Shown here: in pieces, positions 52,187 to 62,663 of the stretch
How the letters are laid out: the number at the start of each line of letters is the position of its first letter
Position numbering within the stretch: position 1 is the first letter of the stretch
IMG/VR virus record: IMGVR_UViG_3300029391_000001
Span: 19,880-83,879 of that record
Length of the DNA stretch: 64,000 bases
From: a virus
Reading direction: 5' to 3' (one strand)
The notes under the pieces: generated by a model
Seen by the model: the letters and a program-made list of their open reading frames with translations, nothing else
What the model was told of the DNA's origin: nothing
Databases searched by the model: none
Made by a program: the position numbers and the translations under genes

Positions 52187-52751
52187 GTACATGGTAGACT
52201 CATTTGTAGACTTTAAGGGTGAAGAACGTAAAATTGTAGCTTGTGCTTTAAGTCAGGCTGCTGAAGTAAGTGAGGATGATTGTGTCTTAGCAGTAGGTTG
52301 GGTGGCTCCCGATGAATACATATGCACAAATGATCCGGACTATGCTAGAATCTGTAGAGTAGTAACCGTTGGTATTGCAGTATGTAATCCTAGTGATACC
52401 TTCGATTTGGCTAAGGGACAGAAGAAGGCTTACGATAAGGCTCTTCATGATCCAAAGTGTCCAGCTATTTATACTACATCTAGAGGTGTAGCAGGTAAAG
52501 TGCTGGTAAAAGCATTCTTGGAACAGGAGCTTACTTTCTTGAAAGAAAATCCAGAGCGTATCATTAAGGGATATAACCAAATGAAAGCTCGGTTTGAAAG
52601 AAAAGAAGCCCTCAAAAATGAAATCAAAAATCTCTCTGATAAAGAGAAGCAAGCTTTGAATCTAGCTAAAGAAGGTATAGATGTAGTTAAATGCGCTGAA
52701 CTGGTAACTAAAGCCAAGGCAATAGGCGTTGATCTGAATGAACAGGACTAA
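52167..52751 (+). CDS. hypothetical protein
   Basis: ORF track. Confidence 0.45.
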   Translation: MKQDVIEYMVDSFVDFKGEERKIVACALSQAAEVSEDDCVLAVGWVAPDEYICTNDPDYARICRVVTVGIAVCNPSDTFDLAKGQKKAYDKALHDPKCPAIYTTSRGVAGKVLVKAFLEQELTFLKENPERIIKGYNQMKARFERKEALKNEIKNLSDKEKQALNLAKEGIDVVKCAELVTKAKAIGVDLNEQD

Positions 52752-53043
52752 GTTTTGCTATATCTTAATAGCCTTGATGGGATTGTTAATTATTTATTTG
52801 CTAATACCTAAGAAGGAAACCACAGTTTCTCCACCTAATGTGCAGGAAATAGTAAGGGATTCTATAATTAGAGATAGCATCTATATAGTTAACGATTCCA
52901 TCGTGGAGAAAATTAAGTATATAGACAAAGAGTATGATGAGAAAGTATCTACTATTATGTCTAGTTCTGATAGCATCAATTTGTGCTTTTTCTCAGAATA
53001 CATCGACCGTTACAATAACCAGCGAGCAACTAAAAACAACTAA
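52738..53043 (+). CDS. membrane-anchored hypothetical protein
   Basis: N-terminal TM. Confidence 0.35.
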   Translation: MNRTKFCYILIALMGLLIIYLLIPKKETTVSPPNVQEIVRDSIIRDSIYIVNDSIVEKIKYIDKEYDEKVSTIMSSSDSINLCFFSEYIDRYNNQRATKNN

Positions 53044-53308
53044 TCTGATATTTGCTGAGCATCAGAAGTTGTCTGAAACTGTTCCGTTATTGAATAAGCG
53101 AATAACTAATCTAGAACTAATAAATAAGAGTTGGGAAAAAACGGATTCTCTTCGTAGAGTTCAGTTACTGTATTATGGAAACATAATTGAAGATAAAAAT
53201 AGATCTATTGAAGGTCTTAATAAGTCTTTAAAAAAGAAGCAGAATGTCATTAAATATGGCACTGCTGGTTCATGTGTATTAATATTATTATGCCTATTAC
53301 TGAAGTAA
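52934..53308 (+). CDS. secreted or membrane coiled-coil protein
   Basis: Signal peptide plus C-terminal TM. Confidence 0.35.
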   Translation: MMRKYLLLCLVLIASICAFSQNTSTVTITSEQLKTTNLIFAEHQKLSETVPLLNKRITNLELINKSWEKTDSLRRVQLLYYGNIIEDKNRSIEGLNKSLKKKQNVIKYGTAGSCVLILLCLLLK

Positions 53309-53481
53309 TGTTTAAGGACAAAGATGGTTTTCACTACAAACATCCTGAACGTAGCTGCACTAGGTGTAAGAATTACCCTTGCTTGCCTAACATGGATAAG
53401 CTGCAAGGAGACTTCGCTTCTTATGGTTGTAGGAAGTTCGAGGATATTAATACATTTGAAGTGTGGAAACCAAAGAAGTAA
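53272..53481 (+). CDS. Cys-rich small protein
   Basis: ORF track. Confidence 0.3.
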   Translation: MCINIIMPITEVMFKDKDGFHYKHPERSCTRCKNYPCLPNMDKLQGDFASYGCRKFEDINTFEVWKPKK

Positions 53482-53786
53482 CTTACCATGTCAAATTTGT
53501 TGCTGAATGTGAGGACGGGATGGGATACGCTAATTATGTCTTTGAAAGGCTAGAATATGATAATCTAGATTACAAGGATATAATGTGTGTTCGATTCCCG
53601 AATTGGAACCAGTGTTCTATGAAATTAGGAGATGTCGGCTATGTTTCACTAAGATACGTAGAAGAAGGCATCGATAAATGGTACGATGGTAAAGATTTTG
53701 TTCCATACAAGGATAGTAATATAATTTTCTTGAAATTTATTCATGAAAAGCCTATCATTGAAGATGGACAAATATTATTAGATTAA
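53463..53786 (+). CDS. hypothetical protein
   Basis: ORF track. Confidence 0.4.
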   Translation: METKEVTYHVKFVAECEDGMGYANYVFERLEYDNLDYKDIMCVRFPNWNQCSMKLGDVGYVSLRYVEEGIDKWYDGKDFVPYKDSNIIFLKFIHEKPIIEDGQILLD

Positions 53787-53831
53787 CATTAAAAAGGAGA
53801 TAAACTATGAAGTATTTTTAAAGAATAATTT

Positions 53832-54695
53832 ATGACTGTATTAGGAGATAAGCTGAGAGAGGCTTTGAGCGATAAAGCAAACGACGTTAATAGCTATGTA
53901 TGGAAAGGACCTAAGGTAAATGGGGTCCAGGAGGAAATTAAATTGGTAGACGCAGGTTATGACCAGCTGAGACGATTCTACAATCATTGTGAACAAATGT
54001 TGTACAACTCTGATACCAAGAATCCGGGTCGTGTAACATTACTCGGAATTGTGTCCGACCAAATACAAAGATGTCGTGCAGAGCTTCTTATTAGATGGCT
54101 TAGAGCTGAAAAGCAATACACAAACACACGTTGTTTGGAAGACTTGAAAGCTGTTATCAAAAACAATAAGGAAGTGTTAACTAATGAGGCTATTAAGGTC
54201 TATCCAATTGGAGAAATTCTTAATGGAATCCCTGTAGAGTTTAGAGAAGTACCAGTAAGTTTAGTTATGGATGCTTGTTTAGATTCCTTGGGATTGTTTG
54301 ACAACTCTCATTTGACGCTTAACTTCATTGTAAAAATGGGACTGTGGTTTACACAGCAAGAAATGCAGAAAGACTTGTATCGTAAAGACCCAGTGACAGG
54401 TAAAGCTGTTAACAGACTGTTAGTAGTAAGTAAGGAACTTCGTTTGAATCCTTCTATAGCTCTGAAAATCTGTGATACTGGATTAAGTTATGCTGAGTTT
54501 AGATCTATGTGTAGATTGAAACGAGATAAATATGCTAACTTAACTAGTGATCAGCTCAGACTGCTATCAAACAAAGTTCTTTATCGCTTCCAAAATCAAT
54601 GCGAGAACCAGGCTAAACAATGGAAGGATAAGATGGAAGAAATCAAGAAAGTTGCAGAACTTAAAGGATGGGACATCACTAGGAATATAGATTGA
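53832..54695 (+). CDS. hypothetical protein
   Basis: ORF track. Confidence 0.45.
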   Translation: MTVLGDKLREALSDKANDVNSYVWKGPKVNGVQEEIKLVDAGYDQLRRFYNHCEQMLYNSDTKNPGRVTLLGIVSDQIQRCRAELLIRWLRAEKQYTNTRCLEDLKAVIKNNKEVLTNEAIKVYPIGEILNGIPVEFREVPVSLVMDACLDSLGLFDNSHLTLNFIVKMGLWFTQQEMQKDLYRKDPVTGKAVNRLLVVSKELRLNPSIALKICDTGLSYAEFRSMCRLKRDKYANLTSDQLRLLSNKVLYRFQNQCENQAKQWKDKMEEIKKVAELKGWDITRNID

Positions 54696-55969
54696 TGAAA
54701 GACCTCTTTACTCCTGTTACTCGTGATGAGCGACAGGAGCAATGTAAGAGAGCCTGGTTATTACATAAAGGAAGAGGCACCATAGAAGCCTGTACAGGCT
54801 TTGGTAAAACACGATGTGCTATTAATTGTTTAAAGGCTGTTCTATCTAAATATCCTACTATTAGAGCATTGGTAGTAGTCCCCACGGAACTTTTAAAGAA
54901 TCAGTGGATAGATATATTAGATAAGGAAGGTCTAGGGTTAAATACAGAGGTGCAAGTTGTAAATACTACAGCAAAGAATGGATACGAATGTGACTTTTTA
55001 ATCATTGATGAAATCCATAGAACTGCTGCTGAGACTTTACAATTTGTATTTAGTAAGGTTAAATACAAGTTAATTCTTGGACTAACTGCTACTCTGGAAA
55101 GACTTGACGGTAGACATACTATAGTCGAGAAATATTGCCCTGTAGTTGATAGCGTAACTATTGAAGTAGCCAAAGCCAATGGTTGGGTATCTGATTTTAC
55201 TGAATATCAAGTAATTATCACAGCAGAAGACATCGAAAGCTATCGAGAGCAAAATAGGGAATTTATAAGACATTTTGAATTCTTTAACTTTGATTTTGGA
55301 CTCGCAATGAGTATGGTTGGTAAAGACGGCCTCAGAAATAGGCTTAATTACAGAAATCAGATTTGTAGTAGTTCGGATAAAGCTGAGCTGTCTAATGCTT
55401 TGAAGCAGATTACCTTTCATTCTATGGCTTTTATGAGAGCTTTACAAGCTAGAAAAAAGTTTATCCATAATCATCCGGCTAAATTAGAAGTGGCTAGGGA
55501 GATTATTGCTCACAGAGCAGACAAGAAAATTATTACATTCTCTGCTAACACTGCAATGGCAGAGAAGATAGGAGTAGGATATGTTTACACTGGCAAAGAA
55601 AGTAAAAAACAAAACAGAATTACACTTGAGGAGTTCGCCCTACTAGACAAGGGCGTGATTAATAGCTGTAAATTGGCTATTGAAGGTTTTGATTGTCCCG
55701 GTCTATCGGTCGGGATAATGCTTGGAGTTGACTCTAGTAGCACAAAAAGCACTCAAGCCGCTGGTAGGGTCATTAGAAAAGAAGGTTCTAAATACTCTGA
55801 AATATTCACATTAGTGCTAGAAGATACCGTTGAACAAGAATGGTTTAAGAAGTCTCATCAAAAGAGCGAGTATGTTACTATTGATGTAGATAACTTACGA
55901 AAGTTACTTAATGGAGAGCCTTGGGAACCTTACAAGAAAAAATTGCAGAATTTTACCTATCGTTTTTAA
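54692..55969 (+). CDS. SF2 DEAD/DEAH-box DNA helicase
   Basis: GFGKT Walker A; LIIDEIH motif II. Confidence 0.6.
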   Translation: MMKDLFTPVTRDERQEQCKRAWLLHKGRGTIEACTGFGKTRCAINCLKAVLSKYPTIRALVVVPTELLKNQWIDILDKEGLGLNTEVQVVNTTAKNGYECDFLIIDEIHRTAAETLQFVFSKVKYKLILGLTATLERLDGRHTIVEKYCPVVDSVTIEVAKANGWVSDFTEYQVIITAEDIESYREQNREFIRHFEFFNFDFGLAMSMVGKDGLRNRLNYRNQICSSSDKAELSNALKQITFHSMAFMRALQARKKFIHNHPAKLEVAREIIAHRADKKIITFSANTAMAEKIGVGYVYTGKESKKQNRITLEEFALLDKGVINSCKLAIEGFDCPGLSVGIMLGVDSSSTKSTQAAGRVIRKEGSKYSEIFTLVLEDTVEQEWFKKSHQKSEYVTIDVDNLRKLLNGEPWEPYKKKLQNFTYRF

Positions 55970-55971
55970 TT

Positions 55972-56139
55972 ATGGAAACTTATTACACTAAAAAAGAGTT
56001 TAATGAGATGAAGTCTGCTTTGACTAAGAAGTGCAAAGCATTGGAAACTAAAGTTAGTAAGCTTACCGCTGAATTGAAGGAATTAAAGAAGGACTATGCA
56101 GTACTTCTTGAAACTGCCAGCGAAAAAGTTGAGGACTAA
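55972..56139 (+). CDS. small coiled-coil protein
   Basis: ORF trimmed to ATG. Confidence 0.3.
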   Translation: METYYTKKEFNEMKSALTKKCKALETKVSKLTAELKELKKDYAVLLETASEKVED

Positions 56140-56226
56140 AGTTTATCACGTAACCAAGTTTTAACGCTTTAACAAGTAAACTAGACTTGGTGTATAGATT
56201 AGTAGAAAATCTATTAATTTGTACAC

Positions 56227-56832
56227 GTGAAAAATCTTGAACTGAAACAGCAACTTTTGTTTTGTGAAAAATATAGCATAAACCCAAGTGAGCTGTTGTT
56301 GTTAGAAATTCTTCTTATCGCCCAAGAGGGTGATGAACCCGAAATTGTCCACGAGTATTTCTCTTCTAGAGTATGCGCTCGTGGTTTTACAATAGAACTA
56401 TTAACTGGACTTCGCGATGCTGGAGTTATTCATAAATCCTATAAGATTCCTGAGAAAGGGTCTGTATTTAACCCACTAGATGTTCCTCTAAATAAGTTAG
56501 TTGTGAAAGACTTTTATAAGTGTTCATTCGACTTAGGTAAGGAATTGTGGGATACTTATCCATTATTTGGAATAGTTAATAATACACAAGTGGGTCTGAA
56601 AAGCGTATCTAAGAAATTTGATACAATTGAAGACTTCTATAGGTTTTATGGTAAAACTATCAGATGGAAGCCAGAAACTCATAACCATATTATAGAGTTA
56701 GTTAAGTGGGCTAATGAACACAATATATTGTGTACCACAATAGCTAATTTTGTAATAGACCATAAGTGGGAAGAACTAGAGGCATTAAAGAATGAAGGCG
56801 GAGTTAATTATGATTCTATGAGATTACTATGA
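56227..56832 (+). CDS. hypothetical protein (possible helicase loader; position only)
   Basis: Upstream of the DnaB-like gene. Confidence 0.35.
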   Translation: MKNLELKQQLLFCEKYSINPSELLLLEILLIAQEGDEPEIVHEYFSSRVCARGFTIELLTGLRDAGVIHKSYKIPEKGSVFNPLDVPLNKLVVKDFYKCSFDLGKELWDTYPLFGIVNNTQVGLKSVSKKFDTIEDFYRFYGKTIRWKPETHNHIIELVKWANEHNILCTTIANFVIDHKWEELEALKNEGGVNYDSMRLL

Positions 56833-57923
56833 TTTCTGATAAACTTCTCAATGAAATTGATAGAGGTAGACAGGGACTAAATCATGGTATTTCTATGAAA
56901 CTTCCTAAGCTAGAGAGTATTATTGATGGAGTTACTAGGGAAACCTATACTTTAATTCTATCAAACTCTGGTGCAGGTAAGACTTCGTTTGCCTTATATG
57001 CTTATGTATATCGACCACTAATGGAACATCTTGATGATGATGATTTTAAGGTATTATATTTCAGTCTTGAAATGGGAGAAGTAGCTTTGTATATTAAGCT
57101 GTTATCCATATATATATTTGAGACCTATGGAATCCAACTATCTTTTAAGAAGATATTGTCAAGAGAAAAAGAATATATTTTATCTGATGAGCATTATGAC
57201 TTAGTTAAGCAATGTATGCCTTGGATAGATAAGATTAGTAAGAAGTTAGAAATCTATGACAAGAAGGTAACTCCGAAGAAGGTATATGCCATCTTGAAAA
57301 CTAGGTTGGAGGAAATGGGAACCTTTTCTGAAAGTGAAACCCGCCTCGTCTATACTCCAAATAATCCTAATCTTATTTATAATGTAGTTGTAGACCATAT
57401 TGGTCTTGTTGGTACAAAGCCTGATATTGATTTGTTGTCTAGCTATCTTCTTTTTCTTAGAGATAAGTGTTTTATTAGTCCTGTAGTAATACAGCAAGCT
57501 AATAGAGAGCAGGGAAATATTGAGAGGTTTAAACAAGGCAAAAGTGCGTTTACTATTCACGATGCTAAGGATTCAGGTAATACTGTGCAAGATTGTAATA
57601 TCATGATTGCATTGTATAATCCTCACAGAGATGGATTGAAGACTTATAAACATTACAATATTGAGTATCTAGGCTCTTATTATAGGAGTATTATGGTACT
57701 TAAGAACCGATATGGGGATTGCGATGTTGAGGTTGGAGTAAACTTCTTTGGATGGATTAATATGTTCTACGAGCTGCCGAAGCCCGATGAAATTTATGAT
57801 TATGAGAGATATACAAGTCCAAACTATATATTAGAAGATAATAGTTCTATTGTAGAACAGGAGCTAGATGATATTACAGAATTAGATAATTCAAATTCGA
57901 ATTTTAATTTTGCATTAGAATAA
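56829..57923 (+). CDS. DnaB-like replicative helicase
   Basis: NSGAGKTSFAL Walker A; RecA-like C-terminal domain pattern. Confidence 0.55.
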   Translation: MISDKLLNEIDRGRQGLNHGISMKLPKLESIIDGVTRETYTLILSNSGAGKTSFALYAYVYRPLMEHLDDDDFKVLYFSLEMGEVALYIKLLSIYIFETYGIQLSFKKILSREKEYILSDEHYDLVKQCMPWIDKISKKLEIYDKKVTPKKVYAILKTRLEEMGTFSESETRLVYTPNNPNLIYNVVVDHIGLVGTKPDIDLLSSYLLFLRDKCFISPVVIQQANREQGNIERFKQGKSAFTIHDAKDSGNTVQDCNIMIALYNPHRDGLKTYKHYNIEYLGSYYRSIMVLKNRYGDCDVEVGVNFFGWINMFYELPKPDEIYDYERYTSPNYILEDNSSIVEQELDDITELDNSNSNFNFALE

Positions 57924-58618
57924 TGGCTGCTGAAACAATTGCTATCGTAGGTGAATCAGGTACTGGAAAAAGTACAAGTTTAAGAAATCTTAATCCCGAA
58001 ACTACTTTTATTATAAGTACTACGGGTAAACCCCTTCCCTTCCGTGCATGGAAGAAGAAGTATATTCCCATCAAAATCGAAGGAAAGAACGTGAGTGGTA
58101 ACTACTATGTAAGTTCAAAGTGGGACCAAATACTGAAAATTCTTCAAATTATTGATAAGATGATGCCGCACATTAAGCAGGTAATCATTGATGACTTCCA
58201 ATATGTTCTCTCTTATGAGTTCGTTGATAGAGCAACTGAAGTTGGTTATACTAAGTTTAGTGAATTAGCTCAACACGCTATGGAAATTCTGAGATATTCA
58301 GAAAAGATGAGAGAGGATTGCAAAATGATCTTCTTGACTCACTCAGAAAATGTTGGAGACAACGTTAATCCTAAGTATGTTATCAAGACTGTTGGTAAGT
58401 TGCTGTCTGAAAAAGTAACCTTGGAAGGTTTGTTTACATATATCTTCTTTACTAAAGTAAACGAAGGAGACTCCGGTAGAATGGAGTATAAGCTTATCAC
58501 TAACAATGATGGTAGCTGTGTAGCAAAGACTTCTTTGGGAATGTTTGAAGACTTAGAAATTGATAATGATTTGGATGAGATTATTAAAGTTATTGACGCT
58601 TATAACGAAGGGGAATAA
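57923..58618 (+). CDS. P-loop ATPase (RecA-like/Sak4-like)
   Basis: IVGESGTGKST Walker A. Confidence 0.4.
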   Translation: MAAETIAIVGESGTGKSTSLRNLNPETTFIISTTGKPLPFRAWKKKYIPIKIEGKNVSGNYYVSSKWDQILKILQIIDKMMPHIKQVIIDDFQYVLSYEFVDRATEVGYTKFSELAQHAMEILRYSEKMREDCKMIFLTHSENVGDNVNPKYVIKTVGKLLSEKVTLEGLFTYIFFTKVNEGDSGRMEYKLITNNDGSCVAKTSLGMFEDLEIDNDLDEIIKVIDAYNEGE

Positions 58619-59193
58619 TGAAATTAGACATACTGTTTCACTATGATGTGAATGAGCAAACGGGTGAAATCACCTATATTGGTAAAGAAGAAATCCATGT
58701 TGACACCGTAGCTACTAAGAAAGCTGCAAGTAGTAAATCTTCATCTGCTAAGGTAGATGAAAATCCTGAACCTATTATTACGCTTGATTCTAACAAGTTG
58801 ATTTTGACCCAAGGGGCAGTAGACTTGTTACAAGTCTGTGCAGATTGTCGTGTAGACATCAAGTATAAGAAAAAGGATAAGAAGGCAGTTCCTATTATTG
58901 GAACCGATGCTGCTTTCGGTACTAAGGCTGGAAACAAGCTGACTAAAAGTAATACTGTAAGTTATAGAGGAGCTGCTAACGAAAAGCTTTCTGCTTACGG
59001 TACTGTCTTTAAGTTGGAACCTACAGAGGATAAAGGAATTTATTATCTGATAGGAGACAAGGTACAGGAGTCAAATCCTGTGCCGGAAGAGATAATTGAT
59101 ATCGAAAAAGAACTCGATATAGAAGCATTAGATAATTTAAACATAGACGAAGATGACAAAAACTTAGAAAAATTTGATTTTAATTTGAATTAA
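58618..59193 (+). CDS. hypothetical protein
   Basis: ORF track. Confidence 0.4.
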   Translation: MKLDILFHYDVNEQTGEITYIGKEEIHVDTVATKKAASSKSSSAKVDENPEPIITLDSNKLILTQGAVDLLQVCADCRVDIKYKKKDKKAVPIIGTDAAFGTKAGNKLTKSNTVSYRGAANEKLSAYGTVFKLEPTEDKGIYYLIGDKVQESNPVPEEIIDIEKELDIEALDNLNIDEDDKNLEKFDFNLN

Positions 59194-59195
59194 TT

Positions 59196-59891
59196 ATGGC
59201 ATTTAATTTTGGTATATCAGCAGACTCAGCAGTAAGAAACACACGTCGTCCTTTAACCCCTTGGAATATCCATGATGTAAAATTCATGGGTTGCGAAATC
59301 AAGGAATTTGATGGGAAGAAGGACCCAACAGCCCACTATAAAGTTTTGTCTATCAATTTTGAGAACGAAGATGGTTACTTCTCAGTAACTCAATTCTTCC
59401 CGAAAGCTGGTGATGATGAGAGACGAGAATTTGATAGTAAGAATGGTGGAAAGGTAGTGATGCCCTCCAACTTCGAAACTTTGATGGCTGTAGTTAAACA
59501 GACTGCGCAGGTTCTTAACCCTGCAGGATTCGAAAAGATGCAAGCAGCTAGCTCTAAGTTTAAGAGCTTCGACGATGTAGCTAAGGCTTTGATTACAATC
59601 ACTGAGAAGGTGAAGGGAACAGAGACTAAGTTGAAGTTGATTGGTAGAAACCGTGACGGTAAGGTAGTTGCTGATATACCGCGTATTGTTGGTATTAACA
59701 AACAGGGTGAGTCGTTCATTTCTGATAACTATATTGGCGATAAGCTGTTCTTCTCTGACTATGAGGAAGGAGAACGTCAGAAATATCTGAAGGCTAAGCC
59801 TACTGAAATGAAGTCAGAAGATCCAATTGCAGATGTAGCAGGAGTAGACCAAGCTCCAGCAGATGATTTGGACATCACTGACTTACTCTAA
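59196..59891 (+). CDS. hypothetical protein (possible ssDNA-binding or annealing protein by position)
   Basis: Acidic C-terminus; position in replication module. Confidence 0.3.
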   Translation: MAFNFGISADSAVRNTRRPLTPWNIHDVKFMGCEIKEFDGKKDPTAHYKVLSINFENEDGYFSVTQFFPKAGDDERREFDSKNGGKVVMPSNFETLMAVVKQTAQVLNPAGFEKMQAASSKFKSFDDVAKALITITEKVKGTETKLKLIGRNRDGKVVADIPRIVGINKQGESFISDNYIGDKLFFSDYEEGERQKYLKAKPTEMKSEDPIADVAGVDQAPADDLDITDLL

Positions 59892-59925
59892 TGATTTGTT
59901 AGTAGAGTAATTCATAAATTCCTTA

Positions 59926-60945
59926 GTGACCATGTTTGATTATACTTTTGAACCAAAAATTACTAAGGAATTTCTTCTATCTAAAAACAATGAGGAGACT
60001 TACATGACTTATTATCTGGGCATCCCAGTTAAGAAAGGATTGTTTAAGTCTCCTTTGCGTAGTGACAGTCATGTCACTTGCAGTTTCTTTAGAGGAAAAT
60101 CTGGAAACTTGTATTTTAAAGACTTTGCTTCTGGAAAATGTCTCACATTCGAAGGAGTAGTTATGGAAAAGTATAATTGTAACTACCACACTGCTTTAAG
60201 GATTATAGCTAAAGACTTTGGATATACGAAAGATTCTTCCGTAAAGAAAGTTGCAGTGAAAATCCAGCCTAAGTTTGAAGAAGAGAAACAGACTTTTATT
60301 CAGATAGAGGCTAAGGAGTTCTCAGAACCTGAGTTGAAGTGGTGGGGAAGCTTTGGTATTACTAAAGATATTCTACATAGGTTTAAGGTATACAGTTGTA
60401 GTACTGTATTCTTAAATGGAAATATATATGCACAGTCTGCCCAACATAGTCCTATCTATGGATATTATTTTGGGAAGAAAGAGAACATCGAGCAATGGCG
60501 TATTTATATGCCAAAACGAAAGGAGTTTAGATTCATAGGTAATGTTTCTACTAAGACTATTCAAGGCTATAAACAATTAGCTAAGACTGGAAAACTGGTA
60601 GTAATAACTAAGTCTATGAAAGATGTAATGTGTTTATATTCTTTAGGAATACCAGCTATAGCTCCCAACTCTGAGACTCAGTTTGTTTCTGACAAAGTTT
60701 TAGAAGAATTAAAGCAGAGATTCAAATACATTGTGTTGCTATATGATAATGACCTAACTGGAGTTCGTTTTACTAATAAGATTAGGAAACAACATCCAGA
60801 ATTAATCGTATCAATGATTCCCAGAAACACAGGAGCTAAGGATATAAGTGATTACTATAGGGACTATGGAAGAAAAGCTACTCAGGAGTTGATTAAGTTA
60901 ACTATTGACAAATTTAAAAGAAATGGTATTTTACGTAGTAATTAA
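59926..60945 (+). CDS. DnaG-like primase (TOPRIM domain)
   Basis: ...LVVITKSMKD.MCLYSLGIPAIAP...LLYDNDLTG. Confidence 0.5.
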   Translation: MTMFDYTFEPKITKEFLLSKNNEETYMTYYLGIPVKKGLFKSPLRSDSHVTCSFFRGKSGNLYFKDFASGKCLTFEGVVMEKYNCNYHTALRIIAKDFGYTKDSSVKKVAVKIQPKFEEEKQTFIQIEAKEFSEPELKWWGSFGITKDILHRFKVYSCSTVFLNGNIYAQSAQHSPIYGYYFGKKENIEQWRIYMPKRKEFRFIGNVSTKTIQGYKQLAKTGKLVVITKSMKDVMCLYSLGIPAIAPNSETQFVSDKVLEELKQRFKYIVLLYDNDLTGVRFTNKIRKQHPELIVSMIPRNTGAKDISDYYRDYGRKATQELIKLTIDKFKRNGILRSN

Positions 60946-61099
60946 TGATACTGGAGAAAACTTTATTTCTGGAGACGAAGAAGCACTAATATCCAAATTT
61001 CCTAGACAGACAGTATATAGGTGTGAGCTTCCAGCCGGAGCGTGTGTAAATACACAAGACTTATTGGACTTTATAAATGAGCAACTCGTTATTGACTAG
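60905..61099 (+). CDS. hypothetical protein
   Basis: ORF track. Confidence 0.35.
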   Translation: MTNLKEMVFYVVINDTGENFISGDEEALISKFPRQTVYRCELPAGACVNTQDLLDFINEQLVID

Positions 61100-61149
61100 A
61101 GAAACCCTAGAGATGTAAAGTTAATGAAAAAATAAATAGAATAAACGGA

Positions 61150-61695
61150 ATGAAAAAGTAGACTAATACAAGTGTTACAGCTACATTTAAAAATGGAGAA
61201 AAGAAAACCTTCGAAACTATAGAAGAAGCCTCAGAAGTAACTGGCTTAGAGATAAACTCTATTAAAGCTAGGGCTAATAAACCTGGCTCTGGAGCTAAAT
61301 CGAAAGATGGAATTACCTTTGAATGGGCAGATCCTGCAGTTAGAAGAAGTAAGCAAGCGAAGAAAAGTAAACAAAAAGGTTCTCAATATGAGTTAGAAAT
61401 AATTCATAAATTGAGAGATGTTGGATATGAAGGATGTGTATCTAGTAGAAGCCAGAACAAACTGGCTGATGCTGACAAAATAGATATTGTTGATATGAAC
61501 AATGAACTTCCAGTTAATATCCAAGCCAAGTTTACCCAAAATATGCCAAACTATTTTGACATTAGGGACGCTTGTAGTGATAAATCTAAACCGTTCTGTA
61601 TATGTTGGAAGAAGGCAGGAAAGAACGGGGCACCTAGCGTGGGTCAAGTAGCTGTAATACCTATAGAATATTTTTATGAATTGCTTAAGAAATGA
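61150..61695 (+). CDS. hypothetical protein with NUMOD-like HTH N-terminal region; one in-frame TAG (extends ORF 61411..61695 upstream)
   Basis: Frame verified 61150-61410 with no TAA/TGA; TAG at 61159-61161; the alternative start is Met 61411. Confidence 0.35.
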
Positions 61696-61940
61696 AAAAG
61701 TTAATAGTTAAAGGTCCAATTCCTACGATTAAGAACTGTGTAGTTAATGACTTTGATGACGAGTATGCCCTCTATTTGAGGACAGCTAAGAAGAATTGGA
61801 GAACTGAGGAAGCATTTTCTCTAGAATTTGACTCTACATTATCTGATTTGAAAAAGAGTCACTTTGTCTACGTGGATAGAGAAGACCTTGAACTTTTAAT
61901 TAAGAAGCGATTAAATGTTATTGAAGTAATCGAGTTATGA
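61692..61940 (+). CDS. hypothetical protein
   Basis: ORF track. Confidence 0.4.
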   Translation: MKKLIVKGPIPTIKNCVVNDFDDEYALYLRTAKKNWRTEEAFSLEFDSTLSDLKKSHFVYVDREDLELLIKKRLNVIEVIEL

Positions 61941-62158
61941 ACACATATTTATTTCCATGGCATACAGATGAAGTCTGTAGAATTGGTAAAGTGGTAGCTA
62001 GAAGCTACGAGGATTGTGAAGAAAAAATAAAGAGTATGTATATAAATAAGTACGACGATTTAGATGATCTTCTGGATTATGATGATTTCTGCGAAGAACT
62101 TGCCGATAAACATGGGATATATTTAGGAGAAGTATCTGAGATAAATGAATTTATGTAA
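61937..62158 (+). CDS. hypothetical protein
   Basis: ORF track. Confidence 0.4.
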   Translation: MNTYLFPWHTDEVCRIGKVVARSYEDCEEKIKSMYINKYDDLDDLLDYDDFCEELADKHGIYLGEVSEINEFM

Positions 62159-62663
62159 TCCATTAAGGATAGCGTTAGACTTGGATGACACAATCTTCGA
62201 TTTCTGGGGAGCATATAAAACACTATTCCCTAGAGAATCAGATTTAGTCGAGCACGTAATTACACGAAACGTAGTAAGTCTTTGCTACAACAAGGAGTTT
62301 TGGGAAAATTTACCCTTGCTAGAAAAGCCGAATTTCGAGCCGCATATTTATGCGACTAAAAGAATTAACAGTAAAACTTATACTCGAAATTGTCTAGCTA
62401 AATACAATTTACCCATAAGACCTATTTATCAAATGTATTATCAGCATGGAAATAAGGCTGACTTGATAAAAGGCAAATGCGATGTATTAATCGACGACAG
62501 TATTAGTAATGTGACTATGGCAATAAACTCTGGACTTCCAGCATTGCTAATAGATAGGCCACATAACCAGAATGGAGATCCTTTATTCCGCATTTATAGT
62601 TTAGATATTGACGAAATTAGATTTGCATATGAATTAGAATTAGCAACTTTAGGATGGAATTAA
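62145..62663 (+). CDS. HAD-family 5'(3')-deoxyribonucleotidase-like protein
   Basis: LDLDDTIFDF (DxDxT). Confidence 0.45.
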   Translation: MNLCNPLRIALDLDDTIFDFWGAYKTLFPRESDLVEHVITRNVVSLCYNKEFWENLPLLEKPNFEPHIYATKRINSKTYTRNCLAKYNLPIRPIYQMYYQHGNKADLIKGKCDVLIDDSISNVTMAINSGLPALLIDRPHNQNGDPLFRIYSLDIDEIRFAYELELATLGWN